DNA of 64,000 bases, taken from positions 1 through 64,000 of the forward strand of contig MQRK01177746.1 of assembly GCA_001938485.1 (NCBI GenBank), read 5' to 3'. This document shows positions 35,490 to 49,859 of the stretch, piece after piece. The DNA is from Girardia tigrina. Its lineage: Eukaryota. The position numbers and the translations under genes are program-made. The notes beneath the pieces are model-generated. The model ran no database searches and was not told the origin of the DNA. It saw nothing but the letters and a program-made list of their open reading frames with translations. Each line of letters starts with the position of its first letter. Within the stretch, counting starts at the first letter, position 1.

Positions 35490-37453
35490 CCAAAATACAA
35501 AGAAAAAAACGTACTGCACCCATAAGGAAGTACAATGCGGAATATCTTGCGCATGAATTTACGTATATTGGGTTAGAAAATGCACCTCCCCCCAGTGTTT
35601 GATTTGCTACAAGAAACTTTCAAACCATTCCATTAAACCTTCCCTGCTATTACGACATTTACAAACCAAGCATGGTAATGTAAAAGACAAATCATTGGAT
35701 TATTTTCAGCGAAAACTATCAGATTTTACATCAAATAAACAACAAATAAACCAATTCATCGGAGTTTATATGAAAGCGACCGAAGCATCATATAAAGTTA
35801 GTTTAAGAATTGCCAAAGCACGTAAATCTCATACAATTCGGCAGTCTTTGATATTACCAGCAGCTACGGATATGGTACATTCAATTCTAGGAGAAAATCA
35901 GCAATACAATTGAAAGTTATCCCTTTATCAAACAATATCGTATCTCGACGCATTTCAGACATGGCTTCAAATATTAAGGAACAGTTAATCGAAAAGGTAA
36001 AGGCTAGCACATATTATTCGTTGCAATTGGATGAAAGTACTGATGTGAGCAACCTGGCTCAGCTTTTTACATTTATAAGATTTGAAGACGAAGGATCTGT
36101 CAAAGAAGAATTTTTATTTTGCGAAGCCTTGCTGGACCGACCTACTTCGAATGATATTTTTTCCAAAGCTTGATTGTTTTATAAAATACCATAATATTGA
36201 TTGGACTAAATGTGTTGGTGTTTTCTCGGATGGTGCACGTACAATGACAGGAAAATACAACGGAGTTGTTATCAAAATTAAAAAAGTAGCCCCTAAGGCA
36301 AGATTTGCACATTGCTGCATTCATCGTGAGGCTCTTGCCACAAAAAAATGCCAGTGGATTTATCGTCAGTATTAAATGAAGCAGTGAAGGGGGTGAATTA
36401 TTTAAAATCAAGACTATTTTCGCTTGTATGTGATTAAATGAAAAGCGAGCATCGTCAACTTTTGCATCCTACTGAAATAAGATGGCTGTCTCGAGGGAAT
36501 GTACTAAAACGCCTTTTGAGCTACGTTCAGAAGTTAAAATTTTTCTCTCGAATTGCAATCACGAATTAAGTAATCGCTTCACAGATGAAGTATGGCTTTC
36601 TAGTTTAGCTTACTTGGCAGCCATATTTAGCCGTCTCAATGACATCAACATAAGTTTACAGGGTGCACATACTACGATATTCCTTGTTCATGACAAAGTA
36701 AAGAGTTTTATAAAAAAACTTGCATTCTTCATCAATTTATTGAAAGAGAGCAAAATTTCTCTGTATTTCCTACTTTGGAAACATTTTTGGTTGAAAATGA
36801 AATACCATTTAATATAGCGCTGATGGAAAATATAAAGGAACATTGCAGGTAGTTAATTCTAGAATTTAAAAAATATTTTTCCTTAGATCTTTCGACAGAA
36901 TTTTCGATTAGGGATCCATTTGCTGTCAAAGCCGAACTTTTACCAGATTCACTTACTCTGCGAGAAAAGGAAGAACTGATCGAGCTCTCATGTGATAGCA
37001 GTCTCTCCCAAGAACTGGAAAAATGGTTTGGGCTGAATTTTGGATGGCAAGGCGAACTGAATATCCACTCATTGCTGACAAAGCTGTAAAATTTATATTA
37101 TCATTCAGTACGACTTATTTATGCGAATCAGGATTTTCGTCAATGGTGTATATAAAAAATAAGTTTAGAAATAAATTGAATATTGAGCCGGATTTACGGT
37201 TAAAGTTGAGTCAAATCAAACCTGAAATTGAAAAACTGTGTATGTATGGACAAGTTCATTCTTCACACTAATAAATTTTTCAATAAATTTCTAATCGCAT
37301 TCTTCATATTAATAAAGATAAGTATTTCTCTATTGTTTCTTACGAGTTTTATTATTATTTTTTATTAGCATCCAAAGATTAAAACACAATTGTGTACATC
37401 CATTGAGCTTAGAAGTCATAAGGGATACGCAAAAAAAAGTTTGGGAACCCCTG
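35490..37453 (+). mobile_element. hAT (ZBED5/Charlie-like) transposon with frameshifted transposase
   Basis: IKPSLLLRHL, LSNNIVSRRISDM, YSLQLDESTDV, SDGARTMTG, HCCIHREAL, EIRWLSRG and FSTTYLCESGFS. 3' TIR tttgggaacccctg. Confidence 0.92.
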
Positions 37454-37599
37454 ATTTAGAGTAAAAAGTTATTTTATTTAATTTTAATTACATTTATTCA
37501 TCAAATCTATTGAGGTCATAATTAATTACACTTAATCGTAATTTCATTTCCAGTACAGAGTAAAATTTAAAATTTTTAAATTTTTAAAAGCCTTAAAAT

Positions 37600-40124
37600 G
37601 TCTAACATTAAAAATATTTGCAGATTCCTACATTAAAGGGTATAAAGAAAAAAATCAATCTGTCTATATTTTTTACGAGAAGAATAGGGTAAGTCTGGTA
37701 AATGCAAGAAATGTGGAAAAGAAATTTCGACCACTGTTGATTCAACTAGTGGTCTTCATACACATTTAAGAACAGTGCTTAATATTAATATATTGAAAAG
37801 AAGCCAACAACAATCCATTTGCTTGTCATTTACTAGTAAATCTTATCAGCCCTAAAATATGGAAAAATCAAAAATAAAACGTTACTATTGCAATCAAGAT
37901 GATGAATCGTTTCGGCAGTTTTATGAAAATTAACAGAAGTTGATGGAATAGCATTTAGAACTTTCACAACATCGGTAGAGTTGAGAAAATCACTATCAGC
38001 TAGAGGTTTTCAAGTTCCGAAATCTTCAACAACGATTTCTAATATAGTTTTATGATATGGCAAATCTGTCCAGAAAAAAATTGCAAAAGAGTTGTCCAAA
38101 ATAAGGTCGCAAGGAACTTGTTTTACCGTTACATTCGATGAATGGACATCTTTAAAGAATCAAAGATATATATGTTTAAATTAACATATACAAAAGAAAT
38201 TTTGGAACTTAGGATTAATTCGAGTTGTCGGATCCTTACCTGCTGAAAATTGTATTGAATTAATCAACAAACGATTATTGCAATATGTTCTAAATTTAGA
38301 TCAAGATATTGTTTGCAATTTGCCGGATGGCGCTTCGGTTATGAAAAAAGTTGGGAAATTAATAAAGAGCCTCCAACAATTTTGCTTTGCTCATGCAATT
38401 CAATTTGGATTAATTGATGTTTTATATAAAAAGAAATAATATAAAGAGATTTTAACAAATACTACGACTATGATCGAAACCGATAAAGATAGTGATGATG
38501 ATGTTGAAGAAAATAGCAAGGGTTTTGAAATTATTCAGAATAATGATGTTTTAAATTAATTAATAAACGATATCTGCCCTATTATTAAAAAAGTACGAAT
38601 CATTGCAAACTTATTTAGATGTTCCCCAGCTAAAAAATATTCTTCAAAAATATGCTGGAAATAATTTGGAATGGAATTGTCTTTAATTTTAGACAACAGA
38701 ACTAGGTGGAATAGCCTATTATTTATGTTGGAAAGTTTTTACAAACTCAAAGATTGTATCAGAAAAACATTAATAGACTTAAAATCTTCGATTGCTTTCA
38801 ATGAATCCTAACTGAATTTAATATATAGTACCATTTCTGTAATTTCGCCAAGAAAATAAGCCATAGAAGCTTTATGTAGACGAGATGCTACACTATTATC
38901 TGCTGATGTAACCTTAATATTTATGATGGCTAATCTTGGGAATGATACTGTGGCGCTTCGATTTTCCTTGAATAATGAAATCATTTAAATTTTACAAATT
39001 TCAATAATGTAAATAATGTTCAATTTTTTTACTATTTTACTAAAAAAATATTAATCAACTAATTTTTTCGAAGCACATTTTCTTATAAAAAAATAATGAA
39101 AAAATCATAAATTAGTTGGATAAAAAAAAATTCTATCAGAAAAATTAAATCAACATGTAACTAAAATTCAAATAAAAAATGTTTTTTTGTTTGAATAATC
39201 ATAATACGGTAAATGTGGAAGAGAAAAGCTGAAGGAATTAAAATTGTACGGAATTTTATTATTTCAATAAATTTTGTAGTAGGCTTGTTATCATTTTTGG
39301 TTTTCTGATCACGAGAAGCATAATCGAGCCCACTACAGATTTTTTAAGCAATCGGCTAAGAGAGTCCTTAACATAAATGGTAAATGAACGGAGAACAAAA
39401 TTTTCTAGTCTTGCAATATTTTCACAAAAGACATCAAAATCTGGAATCAAAATTCGGTATGTATTTTGAACAATTAACTAAAAGAAATATTATCAATGTG
39501 ATTATGAGTTTAATACACCGGCTTGATGATGAGCTTGAAAATAATTCTCAATCAGATACTGAGATAAATTTGGATTATTTGTTATATCTTCAATTTCCAA
39601 TGTGTCTTCATTAAAGGAGAAGTAAGATTTGGCAATAAATAAAGGAGTAGAATAGAATATAATGCCTAATTATCGGTATCCAAACAACTTAGAAAAAAAT
39701 CATTGAGAAGTAGATAGCAATTTTCCAAAAAAATGGATCTCGAGGTTCTAAATTAAAAATGGTTTATGAATATTTAAAAACTATTCCACAGACTAGTGTA
39801 GGGGCTGAGCGAATATTTTCTACATCCGGGAGAATAAATACAAAAATAAGATCTTTAAAAAATTACAGCTTGGATACCTCTCGCCTCTTGAGGACATTTT
39901 ATATCAGAAATAATTAAAAGCTTCAAATATTTTCGTATGCTTGTTATAATTTTTCAAATATATTAATATTCTTATTTTCTTTAACGCTGAAATATATTTT
40001 ATTTTTTTTATTATAACAATTTTTTTATTATTTTTATACCGGTATCAATCCCGGTATACCGGGATCATGCAACATTAATACCGAAATCCCGGTTTTCAAT
40101 TTTGGTCCGGTATTGGATGCCCTA
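37600..40124 (+). mobile_element. hAT (Ac/hobo-like) transposon, degenerate, with an insertion at about 38969-39375
   Basis: BED finger KCKKC..STSGLHTHL; FDEWTS, DGASVMKKVG, CFAHAIQ, DNRTRWNS and TSVGAERIFS. Subterminal ataccgg repeats and a TIR ending gatgcccta. Confidence 0.85.
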
Positions 40125-41510
40125 GATCGAAATCGGTTGTTGAAAATGATGGAAAAAGTACAGAAAGAAGAGATATTCAAGCCGAATTGAAAGCGATTAA
40201 AAGTCGACAGAAAGCGAGCGAAGAATTTCTCAAAGACGAGAATAAACTCAATTAAAGCCGACAACTGCTATGCCAGCAACGGGTAAAACCAATCAAAACG
40301 ATTCCGAATTTCTGGATCAATGCGCTGAGTAATCATCTCCAAATGATGTCACGCATCACCGAACACAACAAAGATCCACTTCAGTCTCAACGATTATTTC
40401 TCGAACTTGACCATTGTGAAACCGAGTGTTCAAAGCCGTCACTTTCGAAACCGTTGTCGAAACCGTCGAAGCGATATTTGAGTGAGCCATTATTACGTCT
40501 ATACCCCTCCCGTACTGCAGTCAACCCCCTAACGCCGACGCACCGTAGCCACGAGTCAACTGCGCCCGTTTTGTTGCCAACAAATAGTTTTAAAACAAAT
40601 TTTGGTTTTCTTATGTTTATTATTCAACAAAAATGAGCATTTTGATGTTTTATGCAATGTACAAAACCAATATTTTTATAAAGTTGCGTTTAAAAAATTT
40701 TTTATTCTATAAAAAGTTTATTTTCCGTAAAAAATATATCTACTATATTTATTAGTATTTTATATTATCCGGAATTCTGATAAAAAAAATTCTGTGTGAT
40801 ACAGAAGATTAAATTGGTTTTTAAAGTTTCATATTTGTTCTATCAATACTCGATCCACCTGGTAATTTTCTGTGAAGAAAGAAATATGTTGTGAATTTTA
40901 ATGAAATAAATTGTTATTTGTGTTATTTTATTGTTTCAAGTTAGGCATTTCGATATTGTTCTTTCTACCTTTATCATTAATAGATTGTTTTAAATGTTCG
41001 TGCTTCTGAATCTGTCAGACAAATGAAAATCTTTCCATTCTCACCATATAATCATACTTATGCAATTTTCTTTTAAGTTTGTCACATAAAATATAGACAT
41101 GTATGTGGAGCTTATATTCCAGAAAGGATATATTCTGTGATTCAGGTACCTGAAAGACACGTTTTACTATTTGTTTGTTTTCAATGATTGTTTGATTCTC
41201 GAAATACTGTTTAAATGATTTTTTAGAGAAAATATCCATAGTTTTAAAGAATGAATTGATAACTCAATCGGAGTAAGCAGGTTTAACAGATTATTCTGGT
41301 TTGATTTCTGGTTAACTGTTTGTTAAAATGATCGGCGCAAATATTAATTCAGCCTAATAAACAATCTCAGGTGATTTTCTATCAAAATCCCCAGAATCAT
41401 CACTGAATTGATTTATATTAATTTATTGAATGGTTAAATCGAAGGCGAATGATAACTTAATTCTCATCCATACAATTTCCACGTAGACAGTCTATAGGTA
41501 ATCGCGTTGC

Positions 41511-41908
41511 GGCTGGGGTTTCTTTTGCACCCCCACTTAGTTCATTTAAACAAGACAAATTATTATTTTATTATTAAAATATATATTAGTTTTTCATATA
41601 ATATATTTTTTATATAATATAACACTGATTTTAGGATTTCTACATAGATTTTAGTGAAAATTTTTATGAAATTATCAACAAAATACTATTTTATTTGATA
41701 AATGATGACTTTTATCATTTATTCACTAATAATTTTGCTAAAAAGATTATATATTAAATAAAATAAAAATACATAATTTTAAGTCATTTTTAAACCTATT
41801 TTTCTAAGCTCGGGAAGGTTTTTTTCGAAGATATTCCGTAATCATAACGTAAGTGTCATATTTTTCAAAAATGATAAATTGAAGTGGGGTGCAAAAGAAA
41901 CCCTAGCC
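41511..41908. repeat. About 28-bp inverted repeat around an AT-rich core (MITE-like)
   Basis: ggctggggtttcttttgcacccccactt / aagtggggtgcaaaagaaaccctagcc. Confidence 0.65.
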
Positions 41909-42989
41909 AATTTTTTGACCGTTGTTATGTCTGTCAATATACAAATGGAAAACTTGACGTTTTCCACAATAAATCCAATCGAATCCGAATGATTATTATC
42001 GTTATCAAATTCTTGATTCAAAATTCCAATACAATTATCGAAGAAATTATTAAATTCCGATTGATTTAAATCAATAGAATTAAATTTAGTAAATTTCTTC
42101 CTCGTCAACTCAATTAAGACGGAGGCAGCAGAATTCTTGAAGTTTTGCTGGGCCTATTGTTAATTTACCGTTTGGCTCGTTTTCTGATAAGCACCAATTA
42201 AAATGTAGCATTTGCTCATTTCGCTACATCCAAACTTAAAAAATAAACAATTCGTTTTTTACTTAATGAGAAAGTCTTTATTTTTTTTATTAAGTTCATA
42301 ACAAAATCTGCATAGAAAATTCTATCAAAATCCACAGAATCATCATAGAACTAATTTCTATTAATTTGTTGAATAGTTAAATCGAAGACAAATGATAACC
42401 GAATTCTCATTCATCATTGACAATAAAATATGAGTATTTTGTGTTGATTTCGATTGGATCGATGCAAAATATAAACAGATCGGTTCTCTGATCACTCGCA
42501 AATCGGCTCCGTGTCGATCGTGATCGGTCGCGTTCATAACCGGACTTGTGATCACCGAATAACACAGAAGCCGTACATGATCGATGACTTAAGATTTAAC
42601 AGAACAGTGGTCGATGCAAATGCCATTCGCGTAGATCCAACGCGAAATTGTCACAATTATTATTAGTCATTTTTTAAATAATAAGCGCTGCAATTTTCCT
42701 TTGCAATTTGCGCTTCTTTATATTTAATATCAGCGATTCAAAACTCCAGATCTTTTTATGCTCAATCAATTTAATTTTGTCCTTTGACCGATTACTTTTT
42801 CTAAAATCGCACTCATTCGTTCTGACGATTATTCACTTTTGACTAAAATTTTGAGTCATATTAATTATCTCATCATAATCAATCGGTTTTAGTTTCGATA
42901 ACTTAATTTCTGGATCCATCGAAATTCGAAAATCAATCCACTCACATTGAACGATTTACGATCGTTAAAATCAAACACTCAATTCCAAT

Positions 42990-43033
<44 letters not shown>

Positions 43034-44485
43034 TATTTTACTGCCTTAATAAATGCTCAAAAAACTAAAACAGTTAAACAAACGATTTTCAGTCAAGGTC
43101 GAATATTTAAACAATCATTTTTAATTAATTTTTACAAAGTTATTTTATACAAATAATTTTGATCTTTTCAACTATTTTATATACATTTTTTACATATCTT
43201 TATATTTTTTATCGAGCAAACAAAAAAACATTAAAATTGTCATAGATCGTCATTCAATTTTCGTTAAATTTTGGAACAAATTCGAGGTAAAGAACGATGA
43301 AGAATCTGATTGATATAAATAATTATATAATTTAATAAAAACTATAATAATAATAATAATTGAATCCCGAACAGTTAGTTTTTACCACGTTTTTATTAGC
43401 TTGCTTTCTTGTCTGTTTGTAGGAACAAATCTTGCGATTGATTTTTCGACAACTTTCAGTCATCCAATTGAGCTGAATTTTTTATACAGGCTTGGTTCCG
43501 ATGACAATACAATATTATAAAAAAAATTTTGAAAAAAAATAATTTTTTTTGCAAAAAACCACTTACGATTATCTACAAATTTATACACTGTATTAAATAG
43601 CAATCTTTTCGTTTNNNNNNNNNNNNNNNNNNNNNNNNNNNNNNNNNNNNNNNNNNNNNNNNNNNNNNNNNNNNNNNNNNNNNNNNNNNNNNNNNNNNNN
43701 NNNNNNNNNNNNNNNNNNNNNNNNNNNNNNNNNNNNNNNNNNNNNNNNNNNNNNNNNNNNNNNNNNNNNNNNNNNNNNNNNNNNNNNNNNNNNNNNNNNN
43801 NNNNNNNNNNNNNTGGTTAGGTATAAAATTTCTCACATGTCTAGAAAAAAATTATTTTTCTCTTTTTAGTGCATTGGTAATGCTTGAAAAACGTGGTTGT
43901 TTTTATAAAAAAATTTTTTTATTAATAATTTAATATTATTTTTTTATTTTAAAATTTTCTTATCTTTATTTTATTATTAATTATTAAAATTTTTTAATTT
44001 ATTTAATATTTTACCTTTAAGTAATTATAAAATGTGGTCAAAAAAGCGACAAAAGAGGTCACCACTATTGAATAACCAATTTGATACATCAAATCTTTTT
44101 AAAACCTTAATTAGTCAACCCTTGAAGCTAAAACAGTGGCAATTTATTAATCAAAGTGTAAGATGAGAAAGCAATCCAAATCTTTAATGTGTTAATCAAA
44201 CCAAAAAAATAAACTATCAGAGGATAAGGACAACAATTTATGAATTTTCTAATGGAGTAATTGTTTAATGATTACAAAATATCATTGAGAATTGAAAAGG
44301 ATAAAATGTGGTTTGTGGTTTTACTTAGTGAGGTCTTGAGAGGTATTGGAGACTTCATTTTTGTAATACTTACTTCTTTTAAATAACTATATATAATTTA
44401 ATTATTAATTTGTACTTTTTTTAAAAAAACCTTCCAATTTAACAAAATTTTCTTCGATTATTTTCTTTAATATGAGCTTCATAAG

Positions 44486-44959
44486 TGTGAGGAATATTTT
44501 AATTTGTTTGAATGTGTAAATGTATGGATACGGTATGTTGATTTAAGTATGTTGAATTTAGAATGGTGATTCTCCTACCCAGATGGAAATTGGTATTTTT
44601 TATTTAAAATTAAAGTGATTGACTATTCGAACACAATTAAAATTAAGTTTAATATTTTTTAGTAAAATTTAAATTAAATGCATTTTTATTATTTTAAGAT
44701 TTATTGAAAAATGGTAAAAATTATTATTTTTTTAATTAATATTATTTATAATATTAATAATATTATTATTATTTTAATTAATATTATATTATATTTTAAA
44801 AAATAATTTAGAAAAATTGTTCGAATAATCATGATTAAAAACAGAAATATGAAAACCATTTAGAAGGATGACAAACGATGAAAGACTTTCTGAGTCATAA
44901 TGACTCTAAATGTGATTGCAATAAACATTCAAACGAGACTTGTTTAAATGTTCTTAATA
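44486..44959 (+). mobile_element. Solo LTR (474 bp), TGTGAG family
   Basis: tgtgaggaatattt...gttcttaata with perfect 5-bp TSD ATAAG. Confidence 0.85.
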
Positions 44960-46483
44960 ATAAGCTTTTCATTTCTTTTTTTCATTTAGTTATTTCAGAC
45001 TTTGATCATACATAATGTTTTAACCAAAATTGATATATTTGATAATATTTTGGAGATCCAATCATCAATTTTTTACTTGTTCAGTATAATTGAGGCAAAT
45101 ATTGTGTTAGATTTTCTGATTACTGAACCATCCATATTCCGCTCTTCGACTCTTCAATGGTCTATAATCAAGCTCAACAGAACTTCTCAAAGCCAAAGTT
45201 ATACCAAAAATAGATTTAAATAATTATTAGGTGGATAAACGCTGGTCTCAATTACTTCAGCTTCCTGAATTCTTGGAAGTGATTATGACAGAAAAAAGTC
45301 AAAAAAATTTTGAAATGCACCAGTTGTTTCAACATTTGTTGTTGACGAGGGTAAAAAGAAAATGACCACTTCTTCTTCGTGTAAAAACTCAGTAACATGT
45401 CAAACAACATATTATACAGAAGTTGAAAATTTTGAGATGTGACACTGTTTCCCCACATTGGCCGAACCTAGTACAAATAAAGTATATAATACTTCAAATT
45501 AGGGATTGGCACGTTAAACTGTTAAACACCAGTTTAAGCGCTTATTGTCATAATTTCTAGTAAACGTTTAGCATTCATTAAACGCGTTTAACTGTATTAT
45601 TCAATGTTTATTCTTCTTCGATTAGACATAAAAATAATTAGTTTTTTCCGAAATAATTTTTTTCAAAACGTTTGTATATTTTTTTAAAATTTTTATTATA
45701 TATATTTATTTTGATTATATTAAATGAATCTAAATTTTAGTTGGGTGATATTTTTGTCAGCGATAATTTGTCCACTATATTTTATATTAACTATATATAT
45801 ATATATATATATATAATTTTAATGAGTAGAGATTCGCTCTTCTTGGAGAGTTATTATTGTTATATCTCCAGACATTAGGAATTTTCAGTTTTGATGCATA
45901 TTATTTCTAGGTATGTCGAATTAATTTTTCTGTGTCATGTATTTATTTATTTGTTTTATCTTATTTATCTGTTAAATATAAAAATTATAAGCAACGCTTA
46001 ATAAGAAGTGCTTTTAAAGAATAGAAAGAAAGTCCCATCAGAAACAGGCCCCCACCTTTATTTATCCCATTATAATTATTTAAAATTTGAAGATAATATA
46101 AAAATCCATGGAATTAATTAATAATTCCATTAAAAATTCAAATTTATATGTGTTGTAGGATTCGAAATATATTGCAAGGTTAAATGTAAAGTAGATCAGT
46201 TATGTAAATGTAGAATGAACACTTTTGGTGTGTGAATATGGGATAGAATATGTAGACAGCATGGGTGAGTTAAAATGGACAGTACAATGTGAAATATTTG
46301 AGCAATAAGAGACCCTGCAGGAAACATCAATATCTGAGAATCAGAGATACGGTGTGTATGGTAAATGTGTGATTATGGAAAAGTAATTTTTTCTTTATAT
46401 AATGTTTATGTAATATGCTTTTTGAAATGTGGTCTACCAGTAGGGAGTTATTTCAAAAACCAAAAAATAATTAATATTTTTTG

Positions 46484-46485
<2 letters not shown>

Positions 46486-46531
<46 letters not shown>

Positions 46532-46581
46532 NNNNNNNNNNNNNNNNNNNNNNNNNNNNNNNNNNNNNNNNNNNNNNNNNN

Positions 46582-46628
<47 letters not shown>
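46486..46628. repeat. (TA)n microsatellite (others at about 13892, 42992, 45792 and 48326)
   Basis: Read directly from the sequence. Confidence 0.95.
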
Positions 46629-46631
<3 letters not shown>

Positions 46632-46659
46632 TAAGAAATTTAAAAAAAGTAATGGCAAA

Positions 46660-47185
46660 TTTTTATTAAAATCAAGTACGACATTAAAATCAAATTTTAT
46701 TGAAGCAATATATTTCGGTGGATTTTCAATCACCTTCAGGCTGAATTAACAACAATTATATAGCAAATCGATGATTATGTAAACATCTTGCGCAATAACA
46801 AATTAAATATTTTCAACAAATTGAAAGAGAGATTTGTTTGGACTACAATGGCTGTATTAAGAGATTTAATCAATAATGCTTCACAAGAAACTCTTTCCCA
46901 ATAATTTTTAAAATTACTGCACAATATTTTAAAATTAGTTGTTTTCACCTCCGATTTACAACCCTTCATATGTCCAGCAATATTACTCCCATTACCCAAT
47001 CGTCCATGAATCCGTTTACAGAGATGACGAGACGTCTCTCCAATGTATGTAGAATCAACAAAAAAATGAACAAAGTACAGAAAATATAAGAAATAACAAA
47101 TAAAATAAACGTTGAATAATATAATCAAACAAAATAGCTAATTCAGAACGGAAATAATTATTTAGCCGCAATTATTCATTAGAGA
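46660..47185 (-). mobile_element. Penelope-like element fragment (GIY-YIG endonuclease plus pseudo-LTR)
   Basis: YIGETSRHL.KRI..H...FKIL..ERVSCEALLIKSLN; hammerhead-like motif in the 3' region. Confidence 0.8.
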
Positions 47186-48131
47186 ATATGACACATTTTG
47201 TAACTATTTTTATGAGAATAAAACGGTTGACTTTCAAGATTAATGGAATTATTAAGGAAATTCTTCTTCTCAATTCTACATTCGAATTCTTGGTTGATTG
47301 CAGCTTCAAGTTTCTGGATATTTTTTTTGAGTTCCATCAAATTTTCTACATCTTTTTTTCTTTGTTTGTTAAATTGAATTGAAATTTTTTGAGATTCTTT
47401 TTCTATTTTTGTCTAAAATTGAATCGATAAGATACATTCGTAAAACATCGAATTATATTTACCTCATTAAGTGATTCTTCTTTTTCAAGCTGAGAAACTT
47501 TGATGGCAAGGATTGCGAGTTGATCTTGAAGGGTTTGTATAAACTCCTAAACAAAAACACATTTTTAGATTAGTAACTTAACATTTATTAAACATTTTAC
47601 GTTTTTATCTTTAATAGTTTCCTTTAGATCCTCGTATTCTTTTGTAAAAGATTTTTTTTCTTTTTCAAACTCACTGAGATATTTTTTAAGCAAACTTGAA
47701 TGAGAAAGGCTTTCAGAAGAAAGATGTGTTTGAACATCTTTTATTTCCACAAAATCTGATTGACATCCAATATCACTATAAGGACATTTTGAACGGGCAT
47801 CATTACACTTATATGAGTGAGGAATTATATGCTTTAATTTGCCTTCTTTTTCACAAGAAGAGCATTTTACAACAATATTCGTAATCAAAGTAGCAAGAGT
47901 TAAACTGTAACGTATACTTCCATCGTTTAATGATACCTTGCCACATTTATTAGTTGATCCAGGACACAAATTTTCAGAGTTATTTAGATAATTTGCTATA
48001 CAATCCTTGCAGTAGGTGCAGCCACAAGGTCCAAAGTAAGGATTTATCAAAAGATCATGACAAATGATACACTTGTATTTGTTTTTAATGTTTGTTATTA
48101 AAAGAAAACGATTTCGATCTTCGGTATTCAT
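47179..48131 (-). CDS. TRAF-family paralogue (RING, zinc fingers, coiled coil, MATH start only), about 282 aa; exons 48131-47601, 47546-47463, 47412-47179
   Basis: RING CIICHDLL..PCGCTYCKDC..CP; TRAF zinc finger CPYSDIGC..H; the same 84-nt exon 2 as the 27-kb paralogue. Exon 3 reads ...FECRIEKK..ESQPFYSHKNSYKMCHIL* at the Penelope junction. Confidence 0.85.
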
Positions 48132-48322
48132 TGTTTCTAAATAAAAATAATTATTATTATTTTCTGTTATTTAATTAAAATATCATCTTTATATTTATTC
48201 ATAAAAGATTTGAGATATTTTACCGTTCTCGTGGGAGAACGAATTATGAAAAAAATATAATATAAAATAAAATTTAAAAAACTGAAATAAGTTAGGAAAA
48301 TTAAAGAAAAATGATCTGAAGC

Positions 48323-48388
<66 letters not shown>

Positions 48389-48566
48389 AAAAAATAAATA
48401 AAACTTACAAAAAATAATAAATATTTAATAAATAAATATTTTAAACAAATTATGAAAGAAATATTGTTTTATATTATTGCAATTTTATTAATGAAATTTT
48501 TTTGTAATATTTCTAAATAATTAAGTTGTATTAAAACTTAATAACATTCTTAAAAAAATATATGTA

Positions 48567-48892
48567 CAATGGGTTCCCAAAATATAATGGACACTTATGT
48601 TTTGAAATTATAAGTTTAAATTAATTTTTAATCAAAATATTTTTTTCATTTTATAAAAAGTTTATTTCGAAATATAATTTTTTTAAATTCAAATTTTCGA
48701 TATCGGTCTTTTCTCGAATTATGGCTTCTAAGCGTTGTGCTATGCTTCCAATGCGGATTTGTCCAGTACCCTCATCAATAGAGTCGTCGAAGAAAGAAAT
48801 CTATCGAATACATATTTATTTTCTCAACAAATTAATTTTAAGTTTAAAATGCTTTTAAAAGTAAGTGTCCATAATAATTCGGTGTCCCGCTG
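48567..48892 (-). mobile_element. Tc1-like deleted element / MITE
   Basis: TA-flanked imperfect TIRs (caatgggttcccaaaatataatggacactta / taagtgtccataataattcggtgtcccgctg); transposase C-terminal remnant SIAQRLEAI. Confidence 0.65.
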
Positions 48893-49859
48893 TAAAATAA
48901 AAACTTAATTTATTTTTACATATTTCGTTGCGCATGTATTATGAATTGTTGTAATCCTCAACATCTTTTGCTTTTTTTGAGGATTGATAACTTTAATGTT
49001 TTTAATTTTTAATTCAGATATTATTTTAAATTTGTAAAGTCATTTATTAGTCACAAATTTATTATTAAAAATATCTCATTTACAAATTTCAAGCCTTTGT
49101 GATTCAGTCAAATGTATGACTTCGCCTTTCCAGCTTCAAATTGGCACTAATTACACCTTGAATTCCCAAAATACGTTTTATTATTTTTAAACATTTCGAT
49201 CATTTTTGGATGAATATTTTACTTTTATTTAATTTTCTAATTTCGTCGTAAATGAGGTGTTTACCTTTTATATAATAAAAATATAAATTTTGTATCAAAG
49301 TGCGACGCCAAATTTCCTAAGTGAACATAGTAATTTTATAAAAATTTCTTGTCAAGAAAAAATATGAATTTCAATTAAAATATAAAAATATTATTAGAAA
49401 TTTATTTAGTATACCAAAATTATAAAAGTATTTTAATGATAATTAAAAAATGATATTTTAAAAAAATCAAGTATAATAAATATTTCGAAAATAATTCAAA
49501 ATTTTAAAAATAAAAATTAATTGAAAAATGTGTATTTTAAAAGTCAAAAATGACCAAAAAATTGTAAAATAGATTTTAAAACACAAAGTTTTAGTTATGC
49601 CGGTCTGACTAAAGGAAAATTGGTGGTATTCGCAAATTATTCTTTCCTTACTTCCTGAAAAATCTGATTCTTCTTCAAAGGAAACAACATTTAACTACTA
49701 AAGGCTTTTAAAAAAAGTTTATCAAAAAAAATTTTGTATTCATTAATTATGCTGGCCATTAGATTTTTTTATCTTTTGTAGCAAATCGGTGATTATGCAA
49801 ACCTCTTGTGTAATAACTAAATTAATATTTTCTACAAATAGAAAGAGAGAATTTTTTGG

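Noticed and set aside
43246-43480. Possible plus-strand exon pair (FWNKFE/EQILRLIFRQ)
   Set aside because: The splice sites are plausible, but the product is unrecognisable and chance occurrence is likely in AT-rich DNA.
45000-45470. Coding-like minus-strand stretch
   Set aside because: Multiple stops and no recognisable motif.
46154-46439. Possible solo LTR (tgtagg...ctacca)
   Set aside because: No TSD and no homology to other LTRs in the window.
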